A stretch of DNA of 64,000 bases from the IMG/VR virus record IMGVR_UViG_3300017585_000267, positions 32,001 through 96,000 of that record; one strand, written 5' to 3'. Position 1 is the stretch's first letter; each line of letters begins with the position of its first letter. This DNA comes from a virus. Taxonomy: Duplodnaviria; Caudoviricetes. Both the position numbers and the translations under genes were made by a program. Below are positions 45,868 to 56,670 of this stretch, in pieces. The notes below the pieces were generated by a model, which made no database searches, had not been told where the DNA came from, and worked only from the letters and a program-made list of their open reading frames with translations.

Positions 45868-46572
45868 ATGCTAGTAAAGGAAATCGTCTATATGGTCCTT
45901 GACCAGCTCAAGGAGATGAGCGATGACTCCTTCTATACAGAGGAGCATGTGCTATTCCTGTGCAAGAAGTTCAGGAGCTTCCTCATAAAGAAGGAGCAGG
46001 ACAAGGAGAAGACCAGCACCGACGTAGCTTCGGAATTTGAGTACCAGCAGATCTGCCTTGATCTTGAGAGAGTTGAGGCGATTGAGGGGCTTCCTTGTGA
46101 GGGCGGCTACTATCTCAGGACTACGGCGAGGATTCCCAAGATACTTGAGGGGACTTCCCCCAGGGTCTATCCGATAGACTACTACAGCAATCCCATGATC
46201 TCATTTATTCCACGTGACAGGATGAGGTTCGTGGGCAGCAACCCATTCCTGAAGAACATCATCTGGGTAAGTATCGGACCGGATCTCAGGCTGTACCTGA
46301 AAAGTCCCAATCCACAGTTCAATTACCTTCGCAAAATCAGGATGAATGCCATCTTCGAGGATTTTGACGAGGCGGCCGACTTGCTCTGTGATGACAGCGG
46401 GGATTCCTCGGCTTGCGATGTGCTGGACTCCACATTTCCCATAAGGGATTACCTTGTCCCTACGCTGATAGAGCTTGTCGTAAAGGAACTCAGCGGGTCC
46501 GTGTACAAGCCCGAGGACAAGAGGAACAATGCCCATGATGACCTTGGTGACCTGAGTACAACTAACAGCTAA
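45868..46572 (+). CDS. tail ring protein
   Basis: EIVYMVLD.LK..SDDS...YQQICLDLE...CDVLD..FP; promoter TATCTTTG at 45831-45838. Confidence 0.7.
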   Translation: MLVKEIVYMVLDQLKEMSDDSFYTEEHVLFLCKKFRSFLIKKEQDKEKTSTDVASEFEYQQICLDLERVEAIEGLPCEGGYYLRTTARIPKILEGTSPRVYPIDYYSNPMISFIPRDRMRFVGSNPFLKNIIWVSIGPDLRLYLKSPNPQFNYLRKIRMNAIFEDFDEAADLLCDDSGDSSACDVLDSTFPIRDYLVPTLIELVVKELSGSVYKPEDKRNNAHDDLGDLSTTNS

Positions 46573-46574
46573 AA

Positions 46575-47114
46575 ATGATGGAAGAGACATTCACGGAATT
46601 TTCACGACGCATCAGGAAGGCGTGTGGGAAGCATAACTTCAAGGTGAAGAACAGCTTTGGGGTAAAGGATTGCTACAACCGTGTAAGGAAGAACAAATGG
46701 TCCGACATAGGGATGCGATTGACCGATAGCCAATTCCTTGCCATCATAAGGGAAGTGAACATGCGCCTTGCGGACAATATAGTGAATGGCATTACAGTAA
46801 AGTTTCCTTCAGGGATGGGAAAGCTCGAGGCGCGAAGGATAGAGAAACGCCCTCGCGTGACGAAGGATGGAAAGCTGAAGGTCGTCAATCCAGTAGATTG
46901 GCAAAGCACGCTGAGGCTTTGGTATGAGGATGAGGAGGCTAGAAAGCAGAAGCAGCTGATCAGGTACTCCGGAAAGGTGGGTTACTGGATTAAGTATAGC
47001 AATGTGCTGGCCTACTACAACAACAGGAGCTTTTATGAGTTTGCCATCCAAAGGCCCATAAATCATAGGTTCAATGAGAATGTCAAGGAGGGTAAGATAA
47101 AGGTACTATGGTAA
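46575..47114 (+). CDS. IHF/HU-like protein
   Basis: VKFPSGMGKLE...PVDW..T..LW. Confidence 0.6.
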   Translation: MMEETFTEFSRRIRKACGKHNFKVKNSFGVKDCYNRVRKNKWSDIGMRLTDSQFLAIIREVNMRLADNIVNGITVKFPSGMGKLEARRIEKRPRVTKDGKLKVVNPVDWQSTLRLWYEDEEARKQKQLIRYSGKVGYWIKYSNVLAYYNNRSFYEFAIQRPINHRFNENVKEGKIKVLW

Positions 47115-47911
47115 AGGAGGTCAGATATACAAGCATCAAGAGGGTCCTCGACAACCTGCTTGAGCATCCGCTGCTTAGGGACTTGACCCTCGAGCAGGCA
47201 GTGAGGTACACCATTAGGTTCATTGGTCTCAATGGTTTCCCCAACCTTTATTCCGACAAGATTTCCGAAGTGGGGATTGAGGACTGGAGAGGTCTTCTCC
47301 CATGCGATCTGGTCAGCATAAAACAGGTAAAGGACAAGCGGACTGGGGTGTGCCTGAGAGCCATGACCGACAACTTCACGCCAGGATTACTCTCCACACC
47401 CTCCCCCTCTGCCCACGACCATAGACCTTCCCACGCCGACATGAGGAAGCTAGGCAGCATGAACCCTGCCCCGGATGGCATGGACAGGATGCATGGGCCA
47501 AAACCTCTTCCTCCCAGGGAACCCTCGTTCAAGACACAGGGCAGGGTAATATTCACTTCATTCCCGGAAGGGTGTGTACTGGTTGCATACAAGAGCATCC
47601 CGGTCGATGATGACGGCTTTCCCCTCCTCATGGACAACGAGACCTACCTCAACGCCCTTGAGGCCTACATAAAGAAACAGATATTTACAATCAAGTTTGA
47701 TACGGGCAAGATTTCTGCCGGGATACTTTCGAACGCCCAGCAGGACTATGCCTTCGCGGCAGGCGAGCTACAGGGGGAGATGACGATACCGTCCGTAAGC
47801 GAGATGCAGACAATCACCAATATGTGGACGACCTTGGTCCCAAGCATGAAGAGCTTCGATCGGGGCTTCGTGGATGCGGGTGACAGGGAATACATCAGAA
47901 ATCACGCATAG
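47108..47911 (+). CDS. tail ring 1 / tail tubular protein
   Basis: HPLLRDL...LPCD...Y..IPVDDDGFPL. Confidence 0.7.
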   Translation: MVKEVRYTSIKRVLDNLLEHPLLRDLTLEQAVRYTIRFIGLNGFPNLYSDKISEVGIEDWRGLLPCDLVSIKQVKDKRTGVCLRAMTDNFTPGLLSTPSPSAHDHRPSHADMRKLGSMNPAPDGMDRMHGPKPLPPREPSFKTQGRVIFTSFPEGCVLVAYKSIPVDDDGFPLLMDNETYLNALEAYIKKQIFTIKFDTGKISAGILSNAQQDYAFAAGELQGEMTIPSVSEMQTITNMWTTLVPSMKSFDRGFVDAGDREYIRNHA

Positions 47912-47914
47912 CGC

Positions 47915-49276
47915 ATGAATACGCTCATCAGATACAAGCTTGAGGCATTTGACCTTGTGGAGGCCCTCAACGGGAGGCTCTGCATCCTTACGCCTAGCTC
48001 CAGCAAGGCGGGGGAGACTGTTGCAACGAGCAATTCCTCGAAGTACTGTGGCTCCGGGTTTCTAAAGAAGGAAAGCTCCGACACCTACTACATCATGGTG
48101 GATGGCGAGAAGTACATAACGGACAGCAGCGGAACGGTAACCTCGTCCTATCGCCAGGGCTACATACTCCTGTTTGGCTCCACCATGACTACAGTGACGA
48201 GGGCTGGCTCGACTGGTACCACGACTTCCCGTACAAGCACGACCTTGAGGAAGGATGGCAAAGTGTCGACCACGACAACCGAAGTCGATGACGAGACGAT
48301 CCTGGTAAGCGGGACCACCATCAGGGACACCTTCGCCATCAACATCTTGCGGGAACTCCTAAAGGACGTAAAGGATCCCGCCGCATTGGCCAAGTCCGAG
48401 ATGGAGTACTACACTACGGCTGCATATGACTGGGCTGCCGTGATGATGGCGAACGCCGCAAAGGCGAGGGCTGAGCTTGATGACGAAAGGGATCCCCTTG
48501 AAGCTGAGGAGGTGCCGGTGACAGACCTTGAGGACAATACCCAAAGGCTCCTCAACAACATAATAGTGGCCCTCAGCAGGACCGACGAAATCACGCCCTC
48601 GGCTGCGGAAGGTAAGGATCCGACATACGCGGAGAGGATAACCCTCAAGGATGTGACTATGGCAGAGCTTCAGCTCGCGGTAGAGCAGTATCTCGGCAAG
48701 ACGACCACATCAACTACAGACTCCGACGGGAACATCACGGAAACCACTTCCTATGAAGGAAGAAGCGCATTCGCCAAGGACGTGACCGAAATACTCACCA
48801 ACATCTGGAAACAGTATTCAGGTGACGAGACCCAGCAGGGGACTTCAAAGGCGAACCGGGATTTGGTGGCCGCATTGACCGACATAAAGACCGCCATTGA
48901 GGACTTGACCGCCCAGGTGACGGACCTGAGCACCGAGACTGCTACGACAAATACGAGGCTGAATACCCTCAACTCCACCATAAGCAGCTATGCAAGTTCA
49001 ACCAAGTCCGCAATCAATACAGCACAGACCACTGCCGACAAGGCATCGTCAAAAGCCCAGACAGCATTGAACACCGCAACCTTGGCCCAATCTGACGCAG
49101 ACAGCGCCTACTCACTGGCATCGTCAGCCTCGGCTGCCGCAAGCGCCGCACAGGAGGACGCGGATGAAGCCTACGCCAAGGCGATCGCAGCCGCCAATGC
49201 CGCGTCAATTAATGCCACGGAGATAGAGGAACTCAGTTCAAGGGTGACCGCCCTGGAAGGAGGATCAAGTTCATAA
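47915..49276 (+). CDS. fibre/needle-like protein with C-terminal Ala-rich coiled coil
   Basis: AQTTADKA..AQTA heptads ending RVTALEG. Confidence 0.6.
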   Translation: MNTLIRYKLEAFDLVEALNGRLCILTPSSSKAGETVATSNSSKYCGSGFLKKESSDTYYIMVDGEKYITDSSGTVTSSYRQGYILLFGSTMTTVTRAGSTGTTTSRTSTTLRKDGKVSTTTTEVDDETILVSGTTIRDTFAINILRELLKDVKDPAALAKSEMEYYTTAAYDWAAVMMANAAKARAELDDERDPLEAEEVPVTDLEDNTQRLLNNIIVALSRTDEITPSAAEGKDPTYAERITLKDVTMAELQLAVEQYLGKTTTSTTDSDGNITETTSYEGRSAFAKDVTEILTNIWKQYSGDETQQGTSKANRDLVAALTDIKTAIEDLTAQVTDLSTETATTNTRLNTLNSTISSYASSTKSAINTAQTTADKASSKAQTALNTATLAQSDADSAYSLASSASAAASAAQEDADEAYAKAIAAANAASINATEIEELSSRVTALEGGSSS

Positions 49277-49292
49277 GTCAGGAGGATAGCAT

Positions 49293-52200
49293 ATGAGGAA
49301 GCTGGACAACCATATCTTTCAGGGATTGCAGATGGATGCGAGCGTAAGCAAGCAGCAGCCGCAATTCCTTTGTGACGCCCACAACATAAGGATACTTACA
49401 AGGGGTGAGAACACGAGCCTTTCGCTCACCAATGAGAAGGGTACCAAGGAGGCCCCGATATCGTTCCTTGGGGGCGGAACTTCCCTCAAGGGAATCTGCC
49501 TTGGGTACTGTACGTTGAATGAGTACGCGGTGCTGTTCACTACCTACCAGACTACTGTAAGCGGTTCACCTTACCTCAGGGACTATATATGGCTGCTTGA
49601 CTTCAGCAACATCAACAACATCAAGGCGACCAAGCTCTTTGAGGGAAACCTGAACTTTCAGAAGGATCACCCCATAAAGGCCTGGGGGGTCTATGAGGGT
49701 GACTTCGTGCAGAAGGTGTATTGGACCGACGGCTACAACCAGCCCCGTGTGATTAACATCAAGAGATACAGCCAGGCCAGCACAAGCTCCTCATCCAAAG
49801 CTCCTCTCGAGACGGCCTTTGACTTCGTACCCACGCTGGAGCTGAAGGATTCCATCGAGGTGCATAAGGTCTCTGACGCCTCGAGCCTCTTTGGGGCTGG
49901 TGTCATACAGTACGCCATAAGCTACTACAACAAGTACGGCCAGGAGTCCAATATAAGCAACGTGACCACCCTCTACAGCACCAGCTTCAACAACAGGGCT
50001 GGTAGTCCCGAGGAAAGGGTTCCCACTGCATTCAGGGTGGTGATAAACAACCCAGACCTAAGCTTCGAATACCTCAGGCTCTACTCCATCTTCAGGAGTT
50101 CCCAGAACGGAACCCCCTACTGCAAGAGGGTGGCCGACGTAGCGTTGGGTTCCTCGAAGAAGGTAGTCATCACGGACAACAACACTCTTGGGGAGGTCAT
50201 AGATAATACCGAGCTGCTTTATGTTGGGGGAGAGAGCATAGCTGCGGGAACCTTAGAGCAAAAGGACGGCACTATGTTCTTCGGGGACGTGCAGATTACC
50301 AGGCCGAACATCCCGTTGGGGTTCTCCATAAGCAACAATGTCTCCAGCAAGTCCAACTCCACGAGGAAGTTCTACGTTGACTGTGCGATAAGTAACGACT
50401 ACTACAAGTGGGGGAACACCCTCAACGCCTTCAAGATATCCAACAACAGCAAGGTCCTTCAAAATGCGGCAGCCTTCAAGTATGGGCAGTACTACAGGCT
50501 GGGGCTCCAGTTCCAGTACAAGACTGGAAGGTGGAGCGAACCTGTATACCTTGGGGAGGACGTAAGGATTACCAATCATCCATCAGTTGGAGCCTACTCT
50601 GGCGACGACACTGGGGGTGATACTTACACCAATGCCACCTCCGTTACGATAACTGGGATCAATACTGCCGAGGTCGGCGGAGGCGTGCAGCTCACAGCCA
50701 CCGTCAACCCCTCCGACGCGAGCGGCTATACTGTAAAGTGGAGTTCCTCTGATACGTCAGTGGCGACGGTAACCCAGAGTGGCAGGGTCACCGCAGTAGG
50801 TGAGGGCACTGCCACCATTACCTGCACAATCACCAATGCCGATGGCTCGACGGTGACGGACTCTTATGAGTTCACCGTGACGGCAGCCTCCGGCGGGGAG
50901 ACCACTGGAGATATCTGGTGGGAAATAGACGGTGAGACAGTCTCTGACGGGATGGTGTATGCGCTTAATCCACACGGTGGGACTTTCACGCTCTCAATCC
51001 ACAACAGCACAGGGACGGCGCTTGGCATCCTGAACCAGATTGACGCGACTCTTGATCCTGATGTATCCAGCCCCCGAAGTTGGAAATATGGGGATTACAC
51101 TGTCACTGTTACGTATGGTGCAAACACCTCTGGCGAGGATAATACAGGCAGCTCCATCTTCTATATGAAGATAGCTACTGACAATTATGACCTTGAGTTG
51201 CCACCAGCAATATCCTTTACACAGAAAGCTGTCACGACATCGGACTATACAATAGAAATCCGCGATGTCGATACAGGATTCGCTGTCTCGTCATGCACCC
51301 TCGACAGTAACGGCACAGCAACGTATGAGGTCTTTGTCAACGATGTCAACGCCGGTGATGGCAATTTTGACGTTACGGCGACAGTTCGTAATGAGGCAGT
51401 GGCACAGTTGCAGTATGACTCCGTTAGTGGGTTACTCTACATATCCGGTACTGGGGCGGGCGTTACGACCGTGACAGTGGAGTGTGAAGGCGAGCAGGCA
51501 ACACTCAAGGTAACTGTTACGGAAGCTGACGCAGGCTATACAATAGCGGTCAGCCCCATAAGCTATGGGTTCAGTGCGGCTGGCGGCTCAGTCGAGGTGA
51601 CCGTGACAAGCAACGGCACTCCGGTGATGGATGCATCCAAGTCGTCGCCTGCTACGGCGACCGCATTGACGAAGGTGACGGACGGCGTATGGAAGACTAC
51701 CGTAACAATGCCCGCTAACAACAGCTCGTCGGCCCTGGCCAGGGTGACGCCCATAACATTCACTGTGCAGGAAGACGCGACTGTGGTGGGTTCGTTCGGA
51801 ATCACACAGGATGCATCTTCGTCCGCCGCGTTTTACATATTTGTTGAGGACGGTCCTTCAGACGGGGTGCTTGAGATAGGGGAGACTGCGACGCTCCTTG
51901 CCTGCCTCTCTACCTCGCATGGTGTTGACGCCCAGTGGAGCATATCGAACTCCTCAGTGGCTTCGATATCGGCAACTGAAGGAGCCGAGATAGTGGTTAC
52001 CGCGCTGAAGGCAGGCACTGCGACGATAACGGCGCACGTTGACGGCTACGTCGATGCAACTTATGATGTGACTGTCAAGAAAGCCCCCGAGAGCATAGAG
52101 CTCCTGGATGAAGACACGGGCAAGGAGGTGAGCTCGTATAGCCTCAAGGCCGGCGGGGCAGGCGTATGCGAAGTCTATGTCAACGGTGTCAATGCCAGCA

Positions 52201-52940
52201 CAGGCGACTTTGCCGATTCCGTCTCCGTATCAAGCAGCGATACATCCGTGGCCGAGGGCGTGTACTTCGACAACAACGGCAAGCTCACTGTGGTGGCCAA
52301 GAGCGCCGGGACGTGCGAAATCACCGTCAGCTGCGGCAGCCTCACGGCGACGCTCGACGTCACTGTGTCAGGCACGGCGTACCGCGTCACCATCAACCCG
52401 TCACCGTCCGACGCGACCGTCAAGATTGACGGCGTGACGATAAGCCAAGTCGACGTCCCGGAGGGCACCGTGGTCAGCTACGAGGTCTCCAAGGACGGCT
52501 ACGTCACCAAGACCGGAAGCGTGACGGTCACCAAGGACGAGACCATCACGGTGACGCTCGAGGAGGAGACCGTGACAGAAGACATTACGGTAGAGGTTTC
52601 CAACGGAGCCAACTATCCAGTGAAGGTGTCCGTTGACTCGCAGGACGGCCTCGGCAACAACGTGACACTCACAGTCAGGAGTTCCTCCACGGAGACCAGC
52701 ACGCTGACGGTCGACAGGGGCTCTACGAACCCGCTCTCCGCGTCAGTGGTATGGCCTACCGGCACGACGGCCCTCGGCACGATGCAGGTCGAGTTCCTCG
52801 GCGACGCGTCGTACACGAACATCAACCCGAGCGACGGCCTGCTCGATGAGGAAGGGGGCTATACGGTGATTGCCACCATTGCAAGAGGGATCAGGCTCTC
52901 AGGCGGGAGGATATACATAAGCATAGAGCAAAACTCATAG
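49293..52940 (+). CDS. muzzle (tail stabilisation) protein N-terminal half fused to tandem Ig-like domains
   Basis: AHNIRI, TNEKGT, KVYWTDG.NQPRVINI, YRLGLQFQ..TG.WSEP, then Big_2/BACON/PEGA-like repeats. Confidence 0.75.
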   Translation: MRKLDNHIFQGLQMDASVSKQQPQFLCDAHNIRILTRGENTSLSLTNEKGTKEAPISFLGGGTSLKGICLGYCTLNEYAVLFTTYQTTVSGSPYLRDYIWLLDFSNINNIKATKLFEGNLNFQKDHPIKAWGVYEGDFVQKVYWTDGYNQPRVINIKRYSQASTSSSSKAPLETAFDFVPTLELKDSIEVHKVSDASSLFGAGVIQYAISYYNKYGQESNISNVTTLYSTSFNNRAGSPEERVPTAFRVVINNPDLSFEYLRLYSIFRSSQNGTPYCKRVADVALGSSKKVVITDNNTLGEVIDNTELLYVGGESIAAGTLEQKDGTMFFGDVQITRPNIPLGFSISNNVSSKSNSTRKFYVDCAISNDYYKWGNTLNAFKISNNSKVLQNAAAFKYGQYYRLGLQFQYKTGRWSEPVYLGEDVRITNHPSVGAYSGDDTGGDTYTNATSVTITGINTAEVGGGVQLTATVNPSDASGYTVKWSSSDTSVATVTQSGRVTAVGEGTATITCTITNADGSTVTDSYEFTVTAASGGETTGDIWWEIDGETVSDGMVYALNPHGGTFTLSIHNSTGTALGILNQIDATLDPDVSSPRSWKYGDYTVTVTYGANTSGEDNTGSSIFYMKIATDNYDLELPPAISFTQKAVTTSDYTIEIRDVDTGFAVSSCTLDSNGTATYEVFVNDVNAGDGNFDVTATVRNEAVAQLQYDSVSGLLYISGTGAGVTTVTVECEGEQATLKVTVTEADAGYTIAVSPISYGFSAAGGSVEVTVTSNGTPVMDASKSSPATATALTKVTDGVWKTTVTMPANNSSSALARVTPITFTVQEDATVVGSFGITQDASSSAAFYIFVEDGPSDGVLEIGETATLLACLSTSHGVDAQWSISNSSVASISATEGAEIVVTALKAGTATITAHVDGYVDATYDVTVKKAPESIELLDEDTGKEVSSYSLKAGGAGVCEVYVNGVNASTGDFADSVSVSSSDTSVAEGVYFDNNGKLTVVAKSAGTCEITVSCGSLTATLDVTVSGTAYRVTINPSPSDATVKIDGVTISQVDVPEGTVVSYEVSKDGYVTKTGSVTVTKDETITVTLEEETVTEDITVEVSNGANYPVKVSVDSQDGLGNNVTLTVRSSSTETSTLTVDRGSTNPLSASVVWPTGTTALGTMQVEFLGDASYTNINPSDGLLDEEGGYTVIATIARGIRLSGGRIYISIEQNS

Positions 52941-52953
52941 CGTACGGAGAACA

Positions 52954-55900
52954 ATGACTATGAAGGCATTGAAGAAAATCAAGGAGAAGGCCGTGTCACT
53001 CAAGGGTAGGCATGGCAGGAAGACAGGCCCATCGGCAATGGTGTCCATCAGTATGTTGACAAGATCCGTAGCCTCCAGCCAGTCCACCCTTGAATCGGAC
53101 AGAGCCGAAGTGGAGGAGTACCTCAATGACAACCTCATATCGAAATGGGGTTCCGCAAGCAGTCCGTTGATGACGGCGGCCCAAAGTGTAAGGCTGCTCA
53201 TGAAAGCCAATGGTACGACCAGTACCGATGCGAGTGTGTACCTGGATACCTGGGAATCCGCCATGCAGGACGTGGACAGCACCCTTGCGAGTTTTGCAGC
53301 TGCATTGAAAGATGTATCTAGCTACATAGCGAGGTACTATCCAGGCTTCAGCAAGACCTATACGATGATAAATAGCCTCAGGGAAGACATTGAGCACTGG
53401 ATTCCCCTATGGTCGCAAATCGAGCTTGTACAGGTGGCCTTTGCAGGCCTGGGAGACACGGAGGAGGATGAGTACCGGCTGGACGGCAATGATATGGGCG
53501 GCACCCCTACTGCAACCGACAAGTTCTACCAGTATTTCCACCAGAACAACTTTGGGAACCTGTGGCTGTTCCTACAGATGATCGGGGACGACGACCGCGT
53601 CCCACAGCCTGGCTATGGGACGTTCAACATCGACAACTCCTTCGAGGATATCATTGCCGTCATAGCTTCAGATGGTACAAGTGCGGACACTGGTTCTGGA
53701 GAGACCATCAACTACACAAGTATGCTGGAGTTTGAGGTCCCCTCATATAAGGTAGTGTTGAAGAACCTGAGCGTTCTTACAGACAATGGCTACCTTAGGG
53801 TAAGGCCAGTGTTTGTGCCCCCGTCTGATTCCGACAGGACCACCCTTTGCCAGGGAGTTCTCAACCCCACAGTCTACAATCCTGTCGACAGGGCGGCCTC
53901 CACACCATATGCACAGTCCTCCTGGTTCTTCAGGCCATGGGTGGACGTCTCGAGTTATACAGGCCTAAAGGCCAATCCGACGAAGTACACTGTAGGGAAC
54001 AATACATACAGACTGAGCGTCATTGAGTGCAGGGATTCCGAGAAGCTGTTCCCCCCCGGCAACAGGGGCTGCGAGATTGAGGGGGCTTGGCAGTATGACA
54101 GCGCCAGCACCCATGCCGAGGAGGATTCCTACGTAAGGCCTCAGTTCAGGGTGAGCCAGGAGGTCCAGACGCTGCATTCACCAGAAGTCGAGTTTGACGT
54201 CAATGGAACGCTGTCCAACGTCGACCTCAGCCAGTATAGCCTTGCCCTGATGGGGGACGCGGACTTCAAGGCCTTCCAAGGTGACATCAACATATTGACA
54301 TCTACGCCCCAGTTCTCATCAAGGGGTTCCGGATTTACTAAGAAGATGCAATCTGCTGTATTCAGCGATAGTGTGCCAGCGGGCTGCCTAGTCGCAGGTC
54401 TCTATTATAACGACGACCTTGTAAACGACGGAAGCTTGGCCAGCTACACCACCTACAACAACAGCAGGGTGGCATTTATGGTATATCCTTGGCAGTCCTC
54501 AGGTAGTCTCAACAATGACGCCCCCAGGGAAGACGAGACTACACAGACCGCAGTTCTCAGCCAAAAGAGGATGAGCAACATCAAGTTCAGCGAGACAAGC
54601 TGGAGGTCCTCGGAGTCCGTCATCCCCAGTGCGGCGATACCCTTCTTGGAGTGCTTCAGCTCCGAGGACACCATGGTGAAGCTGGGTACGAGCAACTACT
54701 ACGGCAATGTGGACACCCTGATCACCTTGCCATCGGTTGGAAAGGTGTTCGGCAAGATAGACTACACCAAGGCCTCTGACGGGGAACTGTTTGATACGGA
54801 CAACATCTACACTACCGATACCTCGCACACAATCACGTCGGGCTTTACTGTCTCAGGCCTTGCGAGCCAGAACAAGACCATGGAGAGATCCGTGAGGATG
54901 CGCTATAGGTCAACCCCGCATATAGCGATGAGACTCACCGCCCCCCTCACTTCAAGTGACTTCACTTACAATGCCCTTATAGTTGGGGAACTCAGGAGGG
55001 ACAGGAACCCGGAGACCGACTACGGAGGACAGACCTACGAGGCCCTGAAGAGCAACCAATGGATTCCTGCTGGTGAGCCAATAAGCCTTACAAGCTCCAG
55101 CGGCTCCACGCTCAGTTCCGTCACCGTGGAGTGGAAGTATGGAGACACTTGGTTCCAGAGGTACGACTGCCTGAAGACATATCCATACTCCCAGGAAGAC
55201 GAGAACATGATGGTGGAGATAGGGAGCTTCATGCTCGAGACCTATACCAACATCGATGGCAGGTACGACAGGAACAGGGGACAGGGAAGCAACCTGTACA
55301 TGACCCCCACGACGTTCAACTGCATCAATACGGTGTATTCTCAGCTCGACAACTTCTTCACCTACAGGTTGCAGGATTCCGATTACTATAACAACACCCT
55401 CTACCCCAACACTGTCTTTTTCTCGAAGCAGAAGGCCTCGATGGCCGATGTGGACAACTGGACCAACATGAGCCTTTCCAGCAGCTGTGAGCTTGATGGC
55501 GGGAAGGGTAAGGTAACTGACCTGAGGAGCTGGAACAATGAGCTCTATTGCTTCCAGGAAAAGGGAATCAGCAGGGTGCTCTTCAATTCCAGGGTACAGA
55601 TTCCCACAAGTGACGGGACTCCTGTGGAGATAAGCAACAACTACAAGGTCGACGGAGCCACATACCTCAGTTCCAACATAGGGTGCTACAACAAGTTCGC
55701 GATAGCCGACTCCATGGAGGGCCTGTACTTCGTGGCTTCCGACGGGATGCTGTACCTGCTTTCAGGGGAACTCAGGAACGTGAACGTAGCCCTCAACATG
55801 CAGGACTGGTTCAGTGGGCAGGACTTCGTTTCGGAGTGGAGGCCGACTGACAGCGATGGATCTCTCAGCCAAAGGGGATTGAGGCTGATGTATGACTTCG

Positions 55901-56535
55901 GCTACAAGGACCTCTACATCAGTTCCCCTTCGGAGACCCTTTGCTATTCGGACCTGCTTGGACAGTTCGTCTCCCTGTACGACTACAAGGCTCCCTATAT
56001 GATTTTTAACGTCGGCGAGAATCTGTACTCCGTAGCCCCTGACGCTTCAGGTAATAACTATCAACTGCCCGTCGTATGGGAGATGTTCGGAGGGGACTAC
56101 AACACTCTCTTTGGGAAGCAGTACAGGAGCGACTTCACCTTCATAAGCAACGCCGACTACCAAAGCGAGAAGGTGTTTTCGAACGTGGAGTTCAGGGGGG
56201 ATTTCTACTCAGGGATGAAAGCCCTGAACGCCTTGCAGCATGACAGCTGCTTTGACAAAATCAGGGTTTGGGATGAATATCAGGACACCCAGGAGCAGGG
56301 GCTGAAGTTCGAGAAGGTGCTGTTCTCCAACCTCAAGAAGAAGTTCAGGGTCTGGAGGACGATAGTCCCGAGGGCGTCCAAGTATGACTCGACCACGAAG
56401 GCCTACAAGTCAAGCATGGAGAGGATTCGAAATACCTGGTGCAAGATGCAGTTCACGATGAATGACCCAACTGCGTCTTCCCATTCTCCATATAACATGG
56501 AGCTGCATGACATGAGTGTGGTTTACTTCACGTGA
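52954..56535 (+). CDS. muzzle protein C-terminal half with a novel ~250-aa N-terminal domain
   Basis: GY.RVRPV, CQGVLNPTV, SSWFFRP, HSPE, GDTWFQRYDCLKTY, NIDGRYD, KKFRVWR, RIRNTW motifs. Confidence 0.75.
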   Translation: MTMKALKKIKEKAVSLKGRHGRKTGPSAMVSISMLTRSVASSQSTLESDRAEVEEYLNDNLISKWGSASSPLMTAAQSVRLLMKANGTTSTDASVYLDTWESAMQDVDSTLASFAAALKDVSSYIARYYPGFSKTYTMINSLREDIEHWIPLWSQIELVQVAFAGLGDTEEDEYRLDGNDMGGTPTATDKFYQYFHQNNFGNLWLFLQMIGDDDRVPQPGYGTFNIDNSFEDIIAVIASDGTSADTGSGETINYTSMLEFEVPSYKVVLKNLSVLTDNGYLRVRPVFVPPSDSDRTTLCQGVLNPTVYNPVDRAASTPYAQSSWFFRPWVDVSSYTGLKANPTKYTVGNNTYRLSVIECRDSEKLFPPGNRGCEIEGAWQYDSASTHAEEDSYVRPQFRVSQEVQTLHSPEVEFDVNGTLSNVDLSQYSLALMGDADFKAFQGDINILTSTPQFSSRGSGFTKKMQSAVFSDSVPAGCLVAGLYYNDDLVNDGSLASYTTYNNSRVAFMVYPWQSSGSLNNDAPREDETTQTAVLSQKRMSNIKFSETSWRSSESVIPSAAIPFLECFSSEDTMVKLGTSNYYGNVDTLITLPSVGKVFGKIDYTKASDGELFDTDNIYTTDTSHTITSGFTVSGLASQNKTMERSVRMRYRSTPHIAMRLTAPLTSSDFTYNALIVGELRRDRNPETDYGGQTYEALKSNQWIPAGEPISLTSSSGSTLSSVTVEWKYGDTWFQRYDCLKTYPYSQEDENMMVEIGSFMLETYTNIDGRYDRNRGQGSNLYMTPTTFNCINTVYSQLDNFFTYRLQDSDYYNNTLYPNTVFFSKQKASMADVDNWTNMSLSSSCELDGGKGKVTDLRSWNNELYCFQEKGISRVLFNSRVQIPTSDGTPVEISNNYKVDGATYLSSNIGCYNKFAIADSMEGLYFVASDGMLYLLSGELRNVNVALNMQDWFSGQDFVSEWRPTDSDGSLSQRGLRLMYDFGYKDLYISSPSETLCYSDLLGQFVSLYDYKAPYMIFNVGENLYSVAPDASGNNYQLPVVWEMFGGDYNTLFGKQYRSDFTFISNADYQSEKVFSNVEFRGDFYSGMKALNALQHDSCFDKIRVWDEYQDTQEQGLKFEKVLFSNLKKKFRVWRTIVPRASKYDSTTKAYKSSMERIRNTWCKMQFTMNDPTASSHSPYNMELHDMSVVYFT

Positions 56536-56670
56536 CGGCTCCTTCATAGGCAGGTCTGCCATGGTGATTGGGGAACTTAAGGGACAACCTTATGTTCCCT
56601 TTTCACTTTAATAAAGATTGTGGAGGGGTTAAGGGAATTGTTTATATTTGTGGCAAATAAGGAATCTTCC

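Noticed and set aside
52938-52954. TAG readthrough joining the two muzzle halves
   Set aside because: The downstream ORF is in a different frame, and readthrough hits another TAG after about 22 codons
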